Part shown: positions 61,608 to 64,000 of the stretch, piece after piece
Numbering within the stretch: the first letter of the stretch is position 1
How the letters are laid out: the number at the start of each line of letters is the position of its first letter
Assembly (NCBI GenBank): GCA_030867685.1
Contig: JAQOWU010000008.1
Span: forward strand, 496,001-560,000
From: Wickerhamiella versatilis
Taxonomy: Eukaryota
DNA length: 64,000 nt
Direction: 5' to 3'
The notes under the pieces: generated by a model
What the model was told of the DNA's origin: nothing
The model's database searches: none
What the model saw: the letters and a program-made list of their open reading frames with translations, nothing else
Made by a program: the position numbers and the translations under genes

Positions 61608-62792
61608 TTACGATAATTCATGGGGTGGTGGAATAACCTGCATAGCGTGTTCAAAAAGCATTGATATTGACTCGCCATTGTAAATCCGCCGAATTGCCTC
61701 CGCAAAGACCTCGGAGATGTCAACAACATGTAATTTTGGCCCTAAAAATTGTAAGTTACGATCCTGGGGGACTGAATTTGTCGTAACAAAATGATCGATA
61801 GCACTTCGTGTGAGCTTGATGGGGGCATCCCCGCTTAGAGTTCCATGGGAGCAAAGAGCCCATACATCTCTAGCTCCTTGTTCTTTCACCACTCTCGCCG
61901 CACGCAGAAGGGTCTTACCACTGTCCGTTAAGTCGTCAATGATGACAGCAGTCTTATCTGCTACATCGCCAACAAGCAATGTCGTGTTGTTGCGACGGTC
62001 CTTATGAATGAGGGCAAATCGCATCGACAATGAATCTGCAATTGTGGTAGCTCTTTTAGCTCCGCCAGCATCAGGTGATACGATGACTGCATCGGTATAT
62101 TCAGGAATAATCGCCCTGATGTATTGTTCTAGGAGGGGACGACCATAAAGATTATCAACCGGAATGTCAAAAAAGCCTTGATACCGTGCATCGTGTAAGT
62201 CCAAGGTGATAACATGGTCGGTACCTGCACTTGTGAGAAGCGACGCTACGAGGGATCCGCTCTGAGCAATCCAATTTCTGTATCCGCTGTTATCCTCTGC
62301 CACGGCATTCGTATCTGGAGACCTCTCGTGCACATGTGATTTAGGCAAGGGGAACTGGGGTAACGGCGAAGACGGGACTGGCAGGCGATGGTGATTATCA
62401 CCAACCCGCGGAGTCGCTTCAACGTGGGGAGTATTTTCGCGGGTCTCCATTAGAAAGTGGGGAGTGCGTTTTGCACGCACCTTCGCATCATTAGCGGCGA
62501 GTTGCCTGCTGTAAGGGAAGAGCGGAAGAACCGCAGTAACAGACTTTGCCGAGGCAGCCTTGCATGCAGATATCATAATAAGAAGCTCCATAAACATATC
62601 ATTAACTTCACCGCATCCAGATTGAACGACAAACACCTGTTTATCCCGAACAGTATCCTGGATATTTATGCGTGTTTCGCCGTTGCTAAAAATTTCAGAG
62701 TCCACACGTACTGGTCTTACATCCAGATAGTAACAAATACGCCGGACCAGGTCAGGGTTTGAGCTACCGCCTAGAACGACACAATCTCGCAT
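61608..62792 (-). CDS. PRS5: Ribose-phosphate pyrophosphokinase, Prs5-type with non-homologous insertion
   Basis: FSNGET, FPYSRQ + insertion + WIAQSG, DLHD, GFFDIPVDNL, VSPDAGG, IIDDLTDSGKT. Confidence 0.85.
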   Translation of the reverse strand: MRDCVVLGGSSNPDLVRRICYYLDVRPVRVDSEIFSNGETRINIQDTVRDKQVFVVQSGCGEVNDMFMELLIMISACKAASAKSVTAVLPLFPYSRQLAANDAKVRAKRTPHFLMETRENTPHVEATPRVGDNHHRLPVPSSPLPQFPLPKSHVHERSPDTNAVAEDNSGYRNWIAQSGSLVASLLTSAGTDHVITLDLHDARYQGFFDIPVDNLYGRPLLEQYIRAIIPEYTDAVIVSPDAGGAKRATTIADSLSMRFALIHKDRRNNTTLLVGDVADKTAVIIDDLTDSGKTLLRAARVVKEQGARDVWALCSHGTLSGDAPIKLTRSAIDHFVTTNSVPQDRNLQFLGPKLHVVDISEVFAEAIRRIYNGESISMLFEHAMQVIPPPHELS

Positions 62793-63046
62793 ATCTTTCG
62801 TCGACACTTTCTTGGTTTGCAAACAATCCACTTCCTCTTGCTGACTCAGGAAATATTTCCAACCGATTAAATGGCCTTATTACCACTTTGATTACTGTTA
62901 CGTTGAATGGGACCGAGCTCTATATCAATTGGGTAATTTTCCTATGTAGAATGTGCTGAATCAATGCTTTAAGATGAAGTTTCCACATACAACTAGGGTA
63001 GGGGGATCAAAACGTAATCTTGCGAATATAGCTCATCTCACACACC

Positions 63047-64000
63047 ATGCCTCGAGTAGTTAGTTTTGATGCTGAATTCTCAAAACTAGGAGAGCCAGAA
63101 ATTACGCTTCTAGCAGAATGTGATGTTCCATTTGCACATGAAGCGGGTGTTTGGCTTCCTTCAACAAGAGAGGTGTTTTATACGTCAGCGCAATATGATG
63201 TACATGGGGATCGTAGAGTGCTTCTAGGACTGATCGATCATGATACGGGGGCTATAAGAACAATTCTACCCAAGGATCCAATTGCTATGGGAAATGGTGC
63301 AGTTAATTTTGAGGGTGGGATTGTCGTTTGCCAACAAGGCCATCACGATACTGCGGGAGCGCTTAAATTTCTTGATCCTAAGGAACCTTGGACCGTCACC
63401 AACTTAGTGGACAATTTTTATGGCCAACCATTTAATGCACCCAATGATGTTGTGGTTCTTGCACTAGACAGGACCTTATGGTTTACTGACCCTGATTATG
63501 CTCAGATCCATCGGCTCCGATCACAGAAATGTTTGCCAAACATGGTATATTGTTACAACCCACGTAATAAAAGAATTCGGAGTGTGACAGATGAAATACG
63601 AACACCAAATGGCATAGCCTTTTCCCCGGACTATAAACTTTGCTACATTACTGATACTAGCGCCTACGGAGATTGCACATCCGTGAGCCCCGAGAGCAAT
63701 CCCTCAAAACCCCCCATTGTGCGGTGCAAGCCTTCAACTATTTATGTGTTTGATGTGGTTCTCTTACCAAAGGGTAGTGGCTATACGTTAGCCAACAAAC
63801 GACTGTTTGCGTTTTCCAGCAGTCCTGCCCCAGATGGAATTAAGGTCGACACGGATGGTAACGTTTATAGCGGATGTTCAGATGGTATCCATGTCTGGAA
63901 TCCGGATGGGGTGCTTCTTGGCAAGTATGAAATTGATGGCGGTGTAGCCAACTTCGTGTTTACCGACCCGGGCACAATAATTGCACTCAATGAAACGCGT
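63047..64000 (+). CDS. SMP-30/gluconolactonase family beta-propeller protein (runs off window end; absent from ORF track)
   Basis: Manual translation from ATG 63047 gives FAHEAGVW, FNAPNDVV, LWFTDP, PNGIAFSPD, PDGIKVDTDGNVY, GIHVWNPDG. Confidence 0.9.
   Translation, partial: MPRVVSFDAEFSKLGEPEITLLAECDVPFAHEAGVWLPSTREVFYTSAQYDVHGDRRVLLGLIDHDTGAIRTILPKDPIAMGNGAVNFEGGIVVCQQGHHDTAGALKFLDPKEPWTVTNLVDNFYGQPFNAPNDVVVLALDRTLWFTDPDYAQIHRLRSQKCLPNMVYCYNPRNKRIRSVTDEIRTPNGIAFSPDYKLCYITDTSAYGDCTSVSPESNPSKPPIVRCKPSTIYVFDVVLLPKGSGYTLANKRLFAFSSSPAPDGIKVDTDGNVYSGCSDGIHVWNPDGVLLGKYEIDGGVANFVFTDPGTIIALNETR

Overview
This is a gene-dense eukaryotic window from a budding yeast (Saccharomycotina). It holds about 44 protein-coding genes whose CDSs appear intronless, with very short intergenic gaps. 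CTG falls at conserved Leu positions (e.g. Rho3 KLVLV), so it is not a CUG-Ser yeast. A bacterial AdhP-type alcohol dehydrogenase plus the compaction suggest the Wickerhamiella/Starmerella clade (inference). Most genes are housekeeping orthologues: RIB5, HEM12, ISC1, SUP35, GDH1, MED16, HSH155, SER3, RHO3, CRM1, PHO81, HDA1, PRS5 and others. I found no tRNA, rRNA, CRISPR array or transposon. The most notable observations are: (1) a probable horizontally acquired ADH; (2) a Crinkler-like REase+kinase protein that appears doubly inactivated; (3) an SF3B1/Hsh155 with natural substitutions at several cancer-hotspot positions, alongside splice signals seen only upstream of ATGs; (4) a haspin pseudokinase; (5) a palindromic Puf3 element shared by two convergent mitochondrial genes; (6) transcription-factor motifs within 8-55 bp of start codons. 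All assignments come from motif recognition and remembered alignments; no searches were run.
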